Assembly: GCA_963829525.1 (NCBI GenBank)
Contig: CAWHIJ010000003.1
Coordinates: 2,688,001-2,752,000, forward strand
Reading direction: 5' to 3'
Length of the DNA stretch: 64,000 bases
From: an uncultured Actinomycetota bacterium
Lineage (GTDB): Bacteria; Actinomycetota; Actinomycetes; JAHEKZ01
Shown here: positions 47,373 to 58,700 of the stretch, in pieces
How the letters are laid out: every line of letters starts with the position of its first letter
Position numbering within the stretch: position 1 is the stretch's first letter
Position numbers and translations under genes: made by a program
Notes under the pieces: generated by a model
What the model was told of the DNA's origin: nothing
The model's database searches: none
What the model saw: only the letters and a program-made list of their open reading frames with translations

Positions 47373-48545
47373 ATGGGGGTTCTCTTGTCGGTCACCGATT
47401 CATTCATGACGTCCGTCGCTCGGGCAGCTGCGGTCTCGACGATCGCTGCCGTGACCGTGGTGACGGCGCTGTGGTCGGCCGGCTCAGCGCTAGCTGCCTA
47501 TAGCACTGCCACTCAAGGCAGCTACACAGCGACGGTGTCGGAGGCAGTGGAGCTGTCAGGCCTGGTCGCCTCGCCGACCTACCCGAACTGGTACTGGACG
47601 CACTCTGACGTGTGGAGATCCAGTGACAGCTTCGCGGCGTGCTCGGGGTTGGTTGACTCCGCTTTGGCAGAATGCCAGCAGGTGCAGCGGACCCGGATCT
47701 GGGCGCTGAAGATCGACCCGGTCACACACAAGGTGACCGAGTCGCGCTCATTCTCCTTGAGTAACCCCGCCTGGGCACTCGATCCGTTCATTGCGCAGAA
47801 CAACGACTGGGAAGACATCGCGATCGGCCCCCCGCGCGACGGCGGTGCAGCCAACCTCGTGCTCGGCGCGCTCGGCAACGCAGAGCAGAACCGTGTCTAT
47901 GACGCCAACGGACGCAACATCACCTGTGAAACGCGCCGGCTGATCGAGCTTCCAGAGCCGAACCTGTCTGATCCGGATGCCGCGACTTGGACGCCGTGGA
48001 AGATCTACGACATCAAGAACCCAGTCGGACTTGGAGGGGCGACGTCCTGCAACGTTGAGTCGCTCATGGTTTCTGACGACGGTGCCGGCACACCCACTGC
48101 CTACTTCGTCACCAAGACCCAGCGCAAGTTGTTTGCTCGAAGCCTTGAGGCGTCCACCGGCCGCGATCCTGAGACGCTTCCAGCGGCGGCGGGGTCAGGC
48201 CAACCGTATGAGGCTGCCGTGCGGTACGTGGGGGCGGTCAAGGACGCCGTAGGCCTTCAGGTCACCGCTGCCGACACAAACGGCAACTACGCGGCGCTGT
48301 TGGTGAGGAAGACAGCGAAGAACCCCTGCCAGATCCTCAGCTGGCCGATCACAAATAGCGGACTAGGGGCAGCCCTCACCGGTACCAGCCCTGCCAAGAG
48401 CACGGTCACCTGCAACAACATGGCCGAGGGCCTGACGTACGTTCGGGATAGCACCGACCCTTCCGTCGTGACCAACGACCTGACAGCCATCTCGGACACC
48501 AACGGCGGCAGCAAGTTCCAGTACTGGTACTACCCGAACAGCTAG
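47373..48545 (+). CDS. Secreted hypothetical protein, possible beta-propeller
   Basis: Signal peptide; ELSGL, YWTHSD, DWEDIA, NVESL, AEGL; start uncertain. Confidence 0.65.
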   Translation: MGVLLSVTDSFMTSVARAAAVSTIAAVTVVTALWSAGSALAAYSTATQGSYTATVSEAVELSGLVASPTYPNWYWTHSDVWRSSDSFAACSGLVDSALAECQQVQRTRIWALKIDPVTHKVTESRSFSLSNPAWALDPFIAQNNDWEDIAIGPPRDGGAANLVLGALGNAEQNRVYDANGRNITCETRRLIELPEPNLSDPDAATWTPWKIYDIKNPVGLGGATSCNVESLMVSDDGAGTPTAYFVTKTQRKLFARSLEASTGRDPETLPAAAGSGQPYEAAVRYVGAVKDAVGLQVTAADTNGNYAALLVRKTAKNPCQILSWPITNSGLGAALTGTSPAKSTVTCNNMAEGLTYVRDSTDPSVVTNDLTAISDTNGGSKFQYWYYPNS

Positions 48546-48664
48546 AAGGACACCCGACCCTTCCCGAGTACGTCGCGTTCTCCGAACAAGAGCAAGCCGG
48601 AAAGGGCCGCAGTGCAGGAAGCCGCGATTGCGGGGGCGGCCGGCGCTCAGGGAGAGCACCCTCT

Positions 48665-50179
48665 GTGCCGACATATCCAGCGATGTCACAGGAGCTGAGA
48701 TCCTCCACATCGCGACTGGGCGCTGCCGTGCATCAGGTCGCGCCGTTTGCCGTGGCCGGACTTGCTGCACCCCTCGTCTCGCTCGGGGGTGACGGCGAGT
48801 ACCACGTAGAAGCCCTACTGGTGGGTCTGGTCATCATGCTCATCTCGTTCGTTGGGCTGGCTAAGGTTTTCGACAGAGCGGCCAGTCGCCTGTGGAAGAA
48901 CGCCTGGACACTCACCTGGCTCTTGTCTCTCGCCCTGATGGTCTACGGAGCTGGTGGAGCGGATTCTGGTACGACCTTGATTCTCTTCGTCCCGCCGCTG
49001 TGGATGAGCCTCTACGGCGCACGGTCGGATGCGTTGGTGACTCTGGCATTCATGCTCATAGCCGTCATCGCTGTCACGCTGCTCGACGGGGCCTCAGAAC
49101 TGACCACCACCGACGTTCGGCGCCTGATTGCTTTCATCACCGTGCCAGCCCTCGCTGTTTGGACAATCTCCACCCTGGTGCAGCGACTTGCACAGAGCGA
49201 TGCGGACACCCGTCAGGCCCACGAGACCCTCACCGTCGTCGCCAGCGCCGCACGCCAGATCCGGCAGGACAGCGACCCAAGGCGGATGGCCTGTGTCGCC
49301 CTGCGCGATCTTCTAGATGCCAGGGTCGTTCTCATCATCGAACCAGACGGAGCGAACCACCTGCGTGAAAGTGCGGCACTGGGCACAGAGCGAACGGATC
49401 GTCGCCTGCCCCTGGGCAGCTCCCTGCTTGCCGAGGAGGTCTACCTGGGCGGGCGTCCCGTGTTTGTCGCGGATGCCGCGACGGATCCGCGGACCAGTCG
49501 GATCCTCGAACGTGACCCCGAGACACGCAGTGTCCTCGCCCATCCTTTTGGCCACGACGGAGTCGTCCGAGGTGTCCTGGAGATTGTGTGGGATCGGCCG
49601 TATTCAGATGCTCCGAAGCAAAGCAGCGCCGTACTGTCACTGCTGGCGCAGGAGATCAGTTGGTCTATCGAGCGCGCCGACCAGATGGCGAGCTTGCGCA
49701 TGAGTGCTTCCACCGACTCGCTGACCGGAATGGGAAACCGCCGGGTCTGGCGCGAACGGCTTCCACTCCTGATGGATGGCCTGCTCTGCGTCGCGATTGC
49801 CGATCTGGATCACTTCAAGGGGTACAACGACACCTACGGACACATTGCAGGCGACACGCTTCTGAAGTCCTTGGGTGAGTCCTGGCGACACCTAATTCGT
49901 CCCGATGACCTCCTCGTGCGTTGGGGCGGCGAGGAGTTTGCGATCGCGCTCCCCGGCTGCACGCCGCTCGAGGCGCTAGTCGTCCTCGAGCGGCTGAGCG
50001 ATGGTGTTCCCTTGGGCCAGACGGTGTCGATTGGCCTTGCCGAGCGCCAGCCGGACGAAACCATCGAGAACCTCATGACACGCGCCGACTCCGCCCTCTA
50101 CGAGGCGAAGCACAGCGGCCGTAACCGCATTTGCCTCGCTCCCACCAGTTCACCTGTTGGCGCGACAAACCTCACGTAG
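48665..50179 (+). CDS. Membrane sensor diguanylate cyclase (TM-GAF-GGDEF)
   Basis: DSLTGMGNRR, DLDHFK.YND..GH..GD, RPDD I-site, RWGGEEF. Confidence 0.9.
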   Translation: MPTYPAMSQELRSSTSRLGAAVHQVAPFAVAGLAAPLVSLGGDGEYHVEALLVGLVIMLISFVGLAKVFDRAASRLWKNAWTLTWLLSLALMVYGAGGADSGTTLILFVPPLWMSLYGARSDALVTLAFMLIAVIAVTLLDGASELTTTDVRRLIAFITVPALAVWTISTLVQRLAQSDADTRQAHETLTVVASAARQIRQDSDPRRMACVALRDLLDARVVLIIEPDGANHLRESAALGTERTDRRLPLGSSLLAEEVYLGGRPVFVADAATDPRTSRILERDPETRSVLAHPFGHDGVVRGVLEIVWDRPYSDAPKQSSAVLSLLAQEISWSIERADQMASLRMSASTDSLTGMGNRRVWRERLPLLMDGLLCVAIADLDHFKGYNDTYGHIAGDTLLKSLGESWRHLIRPDDLLVRWGGEEFAIALPGCTPLEALVVLERLSDGVPLGQTVSIGLAERQPDETIENLMTRADSALYEAKHSGRNRICLAPTSSPVGATNLT

Positions 50180-50257
50180 GCACTCAGCACTCAACGCACG
50201 CCGACACGTCGATCAGCCGTACTTACACTCCTTGGTCCGTGCCCTAGGGTTCTCTCC

Positions 50258-51071
50258 GTGCGCCTGAACCTGCTCGGAACCCGAGGCTCGACGCCGGTGT
50301 CCGGTCCGCACTACCTCCGGTATGGGGGGAATACGTCATGCGTCGCCGTTACCGCTTCCGGCGACTCCCGGCCGACGGTAGCCCTCGATGCGGGTACAGG
50401 TCTGCAGAACTTCACCGCCCTGATGGACGGATGATCCGTTCGACGGCACCATCTTGCTGAGCCACCTTCACTGGGACCATATGCAGGGTCTGCCCTTCTT
50501 CCGGGCCGGCGACCGCGACGACTCCGATGTCAGGATGTGCGTGCCCGCTCAAGATCAGCTGAGCGGAGAGCAGCTCCTGCGCCAGGCTATGGCACCTCCG
50601 GCCTTCCCCATCACGCCAGCCGAACTCCGTGGCTCTTGGAAGTTCGCGGCTATCGAGCCGGGCACCTACCAGATCGAGTCGTTCACGGTGACGGCCGCCG
50701 AAGTGAGGCACAAGGGTGGCCGTACCTTCGGATACCGGGTGAGCGACGGCACCACTGACGTCGCCTACCTTCCCGACCACGTGGCGCACGGTGAGATCAC
50801 GGCAGGACTCGAGTCAGTGATCCGTGGCGTCGACCTGTTGCTGCACGACGCTCAGTTCCTCGAGCCTGAGCGCTCACTCGCTGACGCTTACGGGCACTCG
50901 ACCGTCGACGACGCGATCGAACTGGCCGTCAGCCTCGATGTCGGACGGCTTGTGCTCTTCCACCACTCCCCGGTACGCACTGACGAGCAACTCGATGCGA
51001 TAGCGGCACACATCGATGCTCCGATACCTGTCGACATTGCCTACGACGGGCTGGTTTTGGAGCTCAGCTAG
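50258..51071 (+). CDS. MBL-fold hydrolase (phosphodiesterase/RNase Z-like), frameshift near 50431
   Basis: GTRGSTP, YGGNTSCV, LDAGTG in the first frame; SHLHWDH, GHS, FHH in the next; one extra base. Confidence 0.8.
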
Positions 51072-51091
51072 GCCCCCAGGACTTCCCGCGG

Positions 51092-52093
51092 CTACGCCTC
51101 TTCGCGGCGGTGACCCTCCGCCAGCTTTTCCAGCGCCGTCAGGTCAATCTCTGTTGCTTCGGCGACGGCGATCCGCACGGGTGTCTTCGCGGTGAGCGTT
51201 GCGGTACGGACACCACTCTCGAGGATGGCGCGCTCACCCATCACTGCGCCGGGGCCGACCTCGGAAAGTACTTCGCCGTCAACGTCGATCGCGAGAATTC
51301 CGTCGAGCAGAATCATCAGCGAGCTACCGGGCTCACCTTGCCGCGCAACCACGGCGCCCTCCGGAGACTCTTCGATGTGCGGCTTCTTGCCGCCGGACAT
51401 CAATGCGTGCGAGAGCTGGTGTTCGAGCTCGGTCTCAACGGCGCTGACAATCGCCGGTGAGTCCTGCTCGCCCCAAGGGGTGGCATCGCCGTACGAGTTC
51501 ACCAGCCAGTTCTGGGTGTCGATAAGACCGGACTTGGCGCAGACGGCTCCGTCGCGGTCGTAGATCCAGTGGCGCGGGAAGACGCTTGCACCAGCAAGCT
51601 CGCCCTCAGACCGTCCATCGGCATACACGGTGAGCGCGAGAGTCGTCCAGGCGATCGGGGCGTGCCACTGCACGTAGGGAGGACGGGCCACCTTTCGGGG
51701 CAGGGGGACGCCCGTACGACCTCCAACGGTTTGGACGAATCGAACAGAGTCAGATCCGAACTCGGGCTCACGTTGGATCATCGGCATGGGGACGCCGGCG
51801 AACGTGACGCCGGCAGCACCGATGCCGGTACGTGTCGAGCCGACGACGCTGCCGCCGGTGTACTCGGCCTTTACCGGCACCCCGTCGACGAACTCGACGC
51901 GTCCCGCTAGATGGTTACCCATCCGCAGCCGGTCGGCATCGCGTAACTCTTCAAGTGCGGGGAGACCATTCACTTTGAGTGGTGGCGCCTCGTCGTAGTG
52001 GCCAAGCTTGAGGTCCATTCCGAGTTTGAGCATCTTCTTGAAGACGTCGGTGGGAATCCACGTCACGCTCGTTACCGAACCATCCACCTGCAT
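51092..52093 (-). CDS. cNMP-binding domain protein with uncharacterised N-terminal domain
   Basis: C-terminal RQGEPG...GPGAVMGERAILESGVRTAT cassette. Confidence 0.85.
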   Translation of the reverse strand: MQVDGSVTSVTWIPTDVFKKMLKLGMDLKLGHYDEAPPLKVNGLPALEELRDADRLRMGNHLAGRVEFVDGVPVKAEYTGGSVVGSTRTGIGAAGVTFAGVPMPMIQREPEFGSDSVRFVQTVGGRTGVPLPRKVARPPYVQWHAPIAWTTLALTVYADGRSEGELAGASVFPRHWIYDRDGAVCAKSGLIDTQNWLVNSYGDATPWGEQDSPAIVSAVETELEHQLSHALMSGGKKPHIEESPEGAVVARQGEPGSSLMILLDGILAIDVDGEVLSEVGPGAVMGERAILESGVRTATLTAKTPVRIAVAEATEIDLTALEKLAEGHRREEA

Positions 52094-52306
52094 GATCGAT
52101 CACCGCATCCTTCGTAGCAGCTATGCCTCTTACCGTTCGACCTAGCGGAGGTATCTGTCCCGATGCTAGTGCGAGAAAGGGCCCAGCGGTGGGGTGAGTT
52201 TCGACTGAAATCGCGGTGACCTCGTACCCAAGCCGCTTTCTCGGTTTCGGCCCATGCCCTAATCTGACGGCACTGCCAAAGAACGCCGAGCATCGACCGA
52301 CACCCC

Positions 52307-55201
52307 TTGGGGGCAACCGTGGCCGAGTGGCCATGTGCCGCCTGCAGCAGCGACAACCCCGATGGCACCCGCTTCTGCGGTCACTGCGGGGCCCGCCGCA
52401 CCGCTGGCGTCGACCGCGGCGAAGAACGCCGGCTCGTCACAGCGCTCTTCGCCGACCTCTCGGGGTTCACCACGCTCATGCAGACCGGCGACCCTGAAAC
52501 CGTCGCCGCGGTGATCGACCCCCTTGTCGCCTCGTTGTCGGACACTGTCGCCAGCCTCGGTGGCACGGTCGAGAAGTATGCAGGCGACGCAGTCCTCGCC
52601 GTCTTCGGCGCCCCGATCGCGCACGAGGATGATGCGGCCCGCGCACTTCGAGCCGCCATACGCATGCACGGGATTGTCTCGCGATACCCCGAGAGCCAGG
52701 GTCTGACCCTCACCCTGCACGCCGGCGTCGACTCCGGTTGGACCCTCGTTCGCTCGTTCGGCGGAGCGGGGAGATCGGACTACGGCGCCTTGGGTACCTC
52801 GATCATCACCGCGCAGCGTTTGGAGTCGCAGGCAGGACCGGAGGAGACCTACGTCGGAGACACGACGCACACGTTGACCCAGCGTGCCTTTGCCTTCGAG
52901 CAACTCGAGCAGATGACGCTCAAGGGCATAAACGAACCCGTCCAGGCCTGGAAACTGATCAATGAGGATGCGCCAGCCGACGAAGCTCCGACCGAGCTGT
53001 TCGGACGCGAGCACGAGATGGCCGAGCTCGGGAACGACCTCGATATCGCCGCCAAGGGAATCGGGCGGGTACGCCTCATCATCGGCGAGCCAGGGGTTGG
53101 CAAGTCTCGGATGGTACAAGAACTCACCGAACGAGCGGCCAGAGCTGGCTTCACCGTGCTGAAGGTCAACTTCGTCGAAAGTGCCGATCGCCCCTACCAG
53201 GCTTGGCTTGACGCGTTTTCAGTTCTACTTGCCGACCGTCCCGAACTCATCGAGGTGCTGGCCGGAACGAACGCATCGCCTCTCAACCCTGAGCTTCTGC
53301 ACACCGGGTTGCGGGCCTCGGGCTTGAACGGGCTGGAGCACGTCGCCTGCTCTGCGCCGGTGCTCCTGGTGGCAGAAGATGTGCATTGGGCACCGGCTAT
53401 CGACCTCGATCTGCTCGGCTACATCGCCGGACGCATTAGCGGGCTTCCCGTGTCCGTTCTTGCCACAAGCCGGCGCGGTCGAAACTTGTTGGACGACGCA
53501 GTCCCAGAGATTCGCACGATGGAGGTCGGCGTTCTTGGACAGGCAGGCATCGCAGCGCTTGCCGAGGCGCTGATCGGAGCTCCCCTTGAGGATGATTCAG
53601 CCAGCGCGCTCGCACAGTATTGCGGCGGCAACCCGCTCTTCTGCCACCAGATGCTGTTGTCGCTGCGCGAGCGGGGTGACTTGGTGGGTGACGGCGAGCT
53701 TCGGTTCACGTCAGTCGACGTGCTCGCTGATCTTCCACCGACCGTCGAGGGGCTCATGGCTGCTCGGCTCGACTTGCTCCCTGTCGAAGCGGCGCAGCTG
53801 GCCTCGGTCATGGCCGTGTCCGGCCTTTCGGTGTCCCGTCGGTTGCTGCGCGAGATCGAAGCGGAGTCTCTGCACGGCGACCTCGATGCATCGTTGGAGG
53901 CGCTGGAGGCACAAGGGTTCGTCACCGACCTCAGCCAGCCGGTGGTGCGGTTCGCTCATGCTTTGATCCGCCAGGCTGCTGCAAATCGGCTCACATCTCG
54001 CAAGCGGGCCGAGACACATGCCCTGCTGGCCGACGCTGTGCTCGCTGTCTACGGAGACTCCGACGAAGGCCTGGTCTTTCGAGCTCGACACCTTGCCGGC
54101 TCGGGGAACAGTGAGCTCGCGATTCCCGCGTTGCGTCGCGCCTCCGAGGTTCAGCGCCGCGTCTTTGCCAATGACGAGGCTCTTGCGCTGCTCGAACAGG
54201 CTGTTGAATTGGCTAGCGATGGCGTCGATCCCCCGGCCGACTTACTGCTCGAAGCAGCAGACCAAGCCGAGCTCCTAGGACGCTACGAACAAGCGCTCGG
54301 CTGGTATGAGCGGGCCGGCGACCACCTTCCTGCCTGGGTCGGCCGCTCCGAGGTGCTGCGCAAGACCGGCCGGTTCGACGACGCCCGTCAGGTCGCGAGC
54401 GCTGGCCTCGAGCGGTTTGCCGACCATCCCACAGCGTCGGCAGCGCTGCTGCTGCAGGACGGCCATGCCCGACTCTCAGCTGGGGACTACTCCGAAGCGG
54501 CCGAAGTTTTGGCTGATGCACTCGAACAGGCACCCCACACCGGGACGCTGCGCACCACGATTGAAGTGCACCTTGCCGACGCCTTGGCCACCCTGGGACG
54601 CACCGAAGAGGCCGTTACCTACGGCGAGAGCGCCATGGCGTCTGCCAGCGCGGTGCGCGACCAGTCGCCGCGGCTTGCAGTGACGGTGGCACGCGCACTT
54701 GGCGGCGTTCTTCAGGACGCCGACCGCTGGGAGGACGCAGCCACCACGCTTCAGGAAGGGCTCGACCTCGCCCGACGCCTCGGAGACATCGAGGAGCAGG
54801 GCGCGTGCCTGATCAACCTTGGGATGACCGAGGAACACTTCAACTGCTACGACAAGGCCGCAGACTTCTACCGTGACGCGATCGCGCTCTTCGAGCAGAT
54901 CGGCCACGCTACTGGCTGCCTCGTCGGCTACGGAAACCTTGCAACCGCACTCGGCAAGCTCGGGCAGGTGGACGAGGCCCTGGCAGCAGCCAACCACGCC
55001 GAAGAACTCGCGGCCGAGATCGGTGACCAGTTCACCGCTCTTGACGTAGCCCTGACGCGTGTGGAAATCCTGATCGGCCTGGGCCGGTCAAGCGAAGCTG
55101 CGGTCATCGCCGAGCATGCAGCCGAAGCCTTCCAAGCCCTCGGCGTCCCCGCCCAGACCCAACGCGCCCTGGACCTGGCAGAACGCGCTCGCACGGCCTA
55201 G
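52307..55201 (+). CDS. Zn-ribbon + class III nucleotide cyclase + STAND/AAA ATPase + TPR protein
   Basis: CxxC..FCGHCG; LFADLSGFT, EKYAGDA; GEPGVGKS; AEDVHW; GGNPLF; helical repeats. Confidence 0.9.
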   Translation: MGATVAEWPCAACSSDNPDGTRFCGHCGARRTAGVDRGEERRLVTALFADLSGFTTLMQTGDPETVAAVIDPLVASLSDTVASLGGTVEKYAGDAVLAVFGAPIAHEDDAARALRAAIRMHGIVSRYPESQGLTLTLHAGVDSGWTLVRSFGGAGRSDYGALGTSIITAQRLESQAGPEETYVGDTTHTLTQRAFAFEQLEQMTLKGINEPVQAWKLINEDAPADEAPTELFGREHEMAELGNDLDIAAKGIGRVRLIIGEPGVGKSRMVQELTERAARAGFTVLKVNFVESADRPYQAWLDAFSVLLADRPELIEVLAGTNASPLNPELLHTGLRASGLNGLEHVACSAPVLLVAEDVHWAPAIDLDLLGYIAGRISGLPVSVLATSRRGRNLLDDAVPEIRTMEVGVLGQAGIAALAEALIGAPLEDDSASALAQYCGGNPLFCHQMLLSLRERGDLVGDGELRFTSVDVLADLPPTVEGLMAARLDLLPVEAAQLASVMAVSGLSVSRRLLREIEAESLHGDLDASLEALEAQGFVTDLSQPVVRFAHALIRQAAANRLTSRKRAETHALLADAVLAVYGDSDEGLVFRARHLAGSGNSELAIPALRRASEVQRRVFANDEALALLEQAVELASDGVDPPADLLLEAADQAELLGRYEQALGWYERAGDHLPAWVGRSEVLRKTGRFDDARQVASAGLERFADHPTASAALLLQDGHARLSAGDYSEAAEVLADALEQAPHTGTLRTTIEVHLADALATLGRTEEAVTYGESAMASASAVRDQSPRLAVTVARALGGVLQDADRWEDAATTLQEGLDLARRLGDIEEQGACLINLGMTEEHFNCYDKAADFYRDAIALFEQIGHATGCLVGYGNLATALGKLGQVDEALAAANHAEELAAEIGDQFTALDVALTRVEILIGLGRSSEAAVIAEHAAEAFQALGVPAQTQRALDLAERARTA

Positions 55202-55211
55202 CCGGACGCCG

Positions 55212-55700
55212 TCAGCGGAACTTGGTCGAGCCGGACGTGTCGCTATTGATGATGTAAGCGAAGCATCCCGTGTCGGGAGCGGGGTCGAGTACGACGCCTT
55301 TTGAAGTGCTCGTGTCGAAGGCCACGCACACGGTGTCGGTGGTCGCGCTCACCAGGGTGACTGGTGTGCTGAAGTTTACGCGCGGCGGGTCGGTCGCCGT
55401 CGCGGCGACGGCGACGCCCGTCGTGGTGGTCGGCGTCCCGGTCGCAGTGTCTCCGCTATACACCGTCATCGTGTAAGTGACGTTGTTGCACGCCTTACCA
55501 CCGAGATCTACCTGCCCAATGACCTCAGCGCCCGTCGGTGCCGGGTCACCGAGGGGAAGACTCTGATAGTTCACCCGACCATCGACGATGTCGGCACAAG
55601 CCTTCTTTGTGTCGCCGACCCACTGACCCGCACTCGCCATCGGCGCTGCCACCATCATCCCAACGAGTGCGACGGTTACGGCTATGACTGACTTTCGCAC
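55212..55700 (-). CDS. Small secreted protein
   Basis: GTG 55700, signal peptide RKSVIAV...ASA, four Cys. Confidence 0.7.
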   Translation of the reverse strand: MRKSVIAVTVALVGMMVAAPMASAGQWVGDTKKACADIVDGRVNYQSLPLGDPAPTGAEVIGQVDLGGKACNNVTYTMTVYSGDTATGTPTTTTGVAVAATATDPPRVNFSTPVTLVSATTDTVCVAFDTSTSKGVVLDPAPDTGCFAYIINSDTSGSTKFR

Positions 55701-55729
55701 GGTGGCCTCCACGGTCCTTCGTTGGATCG

Positions 55730-58700
55730 TCACTTCTTGACGGTCAGGGTGGTCGTTGCGGTGATCGGTCCCGAACCGCTCACGTACCCGGTCAGCCGAA
55801 CGGCTATCGGCCGACCATACAGGTTGTACGTCCTGGCGAAGTCCAGAATCTGCTGCCGCGCATACTTCGCCGTGAAGCGAGTGCTCGTTGCGCTCGATGA
55901 GAGCAAGGGCACATCGATCGAGACGGGGTTCCCCGCACTCAGTGCGCCTGACGGAGGGGTCGCAGTGAACCTGGTCCGCAGGCTGCTGGCCAGCACCTGC
56001 GTCTCGGCCGCATTCGAGACGGTGAGATACGCGGTTACTGGGGTTCCCGAGGACGTCGGCACCGGGTTCGGATTGATCTGAAGGGTCGTTGCCCCAGCGG
56101 TTCCGCCGGTGGCGGCAACGCAAGGCTGTTCGTCTAGAGCAACTTCGTCGATGGTGCTCACCCCATCGCCGTCTGGGTCGTCAAAGGCGTTCGACGGATC
56201 GGCATCGCCCGACAGCGACGTGCTGGAACAAGGGGTTCCCGTGGTTCCGGCGATGCGATCTTTCAACACCGGAACTCCGTCGTTGTCCTTGTCCTCCAGC
56301 ACCGTGAAGGTGCTTGTCGTCGAGGTCTGCTTCCCGTCGGAGTCTGTGGCGAGCAGGCGCACTCCGTAGACACCCGGTGCCCAGCCACCTGCTGGCGGTG
56401 CTTTGCGCACTGAGGTTCCAGTGCCCGCCGCAGCTTCGGACCCGCCAGGTGGAGTGATGAACCAGTTCAAACGAGAGCCAGGCAGCACGCCGTCTTCGGC
56501 GTCACGTGCCGTTCCGTCCAGGGTGACGGTGGAGTACTGCAGGTACGTCGAGTAGGCGTCCCCGGGCGCGGGACCGTAGATGGCTGGCGCGGGTGGCTGC
56601 GAGGTGAGCGACGGTTGAGTCGATGCCCTAACGCTTTCGGACGTCGAGAAGCCGTCATTGGCGATGGCCACCAAGCCGCTGCCCGGCGGGCAGCTACCGA
56701 TCAGGCTCGGGTCGACGTTCACCGACCACGTTGCAGACGTCCCGCTGACGGCATCGGGCTTGAGTGCGACCGCAACCGGATAGCTGACCGTCCCGCAGCG
56801 GAAGACCAGATCGATCCGAAGGTTATTGGGATCGGCTCCCGACCCGGTCGTGGCTGACACCGAGTAGGGATCCCCTGCACCCGGGGATGAACCTCCACCG
56901 AACCTGCGCACGAACGCGTCGGCGTAGTGGTTGGTGTCACCGACGTCGAGGTTCGGCGCGGTGCTGACGAAGGTGGCCGCAGATCCTTCGTCGCTGATTC
57001 CACCGGGCTTGTAGGCGAAGGTCAGTGACCCGTCATACGTGGACCCGTCGGCGTAAGCCGGGTCTCCGTCGTTGTTCACCGTTGCCAGCGTCGGGCCGTC
57101 TTCTGAACCGGTGGCGAAGTCGTAGGAGAAGACATCCTGGATCTCGTCAAGGCATTCGAACTCGCATTCCGGATCGGCCGCGAAGTCGTCCGCGCTGAAG
57201 TTGGATGCATTGCTGGCCATGAGGATGTCATTGGCACAGCTCGGACTGGAGGAGTCACAACCAAGATCAGGCGTGGCATCGAGAAGGTAACTGTCGCCGT
57301 CGAGATCGCCTGTCCCGTCAATCGGGAGAGTACCTGGCACCTGGCTCAGCCGGGTGCCGCCATCGAGCCGCCGACGACGCTGTAGAACACGTCGCTCGCT
57401 TCATTGTTGTCGTTAGGCACGAGGTTCGAGGCATTCGAGTCGTAGACGATGTACTTCGCCTGGTTCGGCCCCGACAACGGGCTGAGCAGGGGTGGGTGGA
57501 GCACGTCCCCGTTGATGGGGGCATCGATGGCGCCGCACTGGTCCACATTGCAGGGATCGGAGTAGCTGAGGCCAACCGTCGCCAACACGGTCGAATTCGA
57601 TTGCGTATCACGGACATACGCCGCGAAACGAGCCCGACGGGTGAGTATTCGGTTAGCTGCTCGTTGCTAAGGAACGAAACGAAGCGGCCATCATCGGTGA
57701 TCGAACCGGGCTGCTGTCCCCGATCGGTGCAATCGACGAACTGCGGCGGGGCGCAGCCACTGTCGCGCCGGCTCACCAGCTCCGTCGTACCTTCGACGTT
57801 CAGGTCTCGAAGGTAAACACGCGACGCATTGCCGCTGTCTGGAGCGGTCAACGGCGCGAGGTTAGTCGCCCGCGAGGAGAACGCCACGTACCGTCCCGTG
57901 GCACTCAGGACGGGGCGACCGATCGCCGGAGCGTCGCCCAGTGCACCGGCGGACGACACATCGGCCACATCGAGGTTCCCCGTCTCCACGTGGTACACGT
58001 AGAGGTGCTGCTCCAGATTGTCACCGAGATTGCCGGGAGCCACCAAGTTGGTCGCAGAGGAGACGAAGGCGACAGTCGTGCCGTCAGAACTGATCACCGG
58101 GTCGGAACTCGAGCCATTGGAGCCGTATGGGCTGCTGTCGTAGTCACGAGTGATCAGAGTGGTTGTCTGGGCCGCGACATCCCGAAGGTAGATGTCGTCG
58201 AGTTCAGTGTTGTCTTCCTGATCGAGCGTGGCTGCCGTCCGGAAGACCACCAGACTTCCGTCGCCGCTGATGTCGGAGGAGTACGTGGTGCCGTACGCCT
58301 GGAGGTCGGGATCACTGGCCGGTCCGGTCTTGGCGCTGACACGCTCGGTGGACCCGGCCCCAACGCCAGGGCTCACATCGGTGACCTCCGGGGCGGCGAC
58401 GCGGTTGCGCGCATAGAGCTCCACGCCATTCTTCTCGAGCACGATCCGCTCTGCGCTGGTATCAAACGGGACTGCAGCTGTGAAGGTAGCCTCCGGCCCC
58501 AGTTCGACCGTGTTGGTGTTCGGTGGGCCCACCGGGTCGACGGGGGTGTCGTGGTCGGAGGTCTCGAAGTTGACGGCCACCCCGACGTTGCTGACCGCGA
58601 GTCCGTCTTTGTCCTTCTGCACCAGCCGGTATGGGCTCGTGTTGTCGACGTTGAACCGTGGCACGCCGTTCTTGAAGTAAGACTCGGTGATTTCTGCTCT

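Noticed and set aside
50258-55201. Canonical Pycsar/CBASS call
   Set aside because: Cyclase has purine-type residues and a STAND-TPR fusion; the cNMP protein has no evident TIR or TM effector; the genes are not co-oriented.
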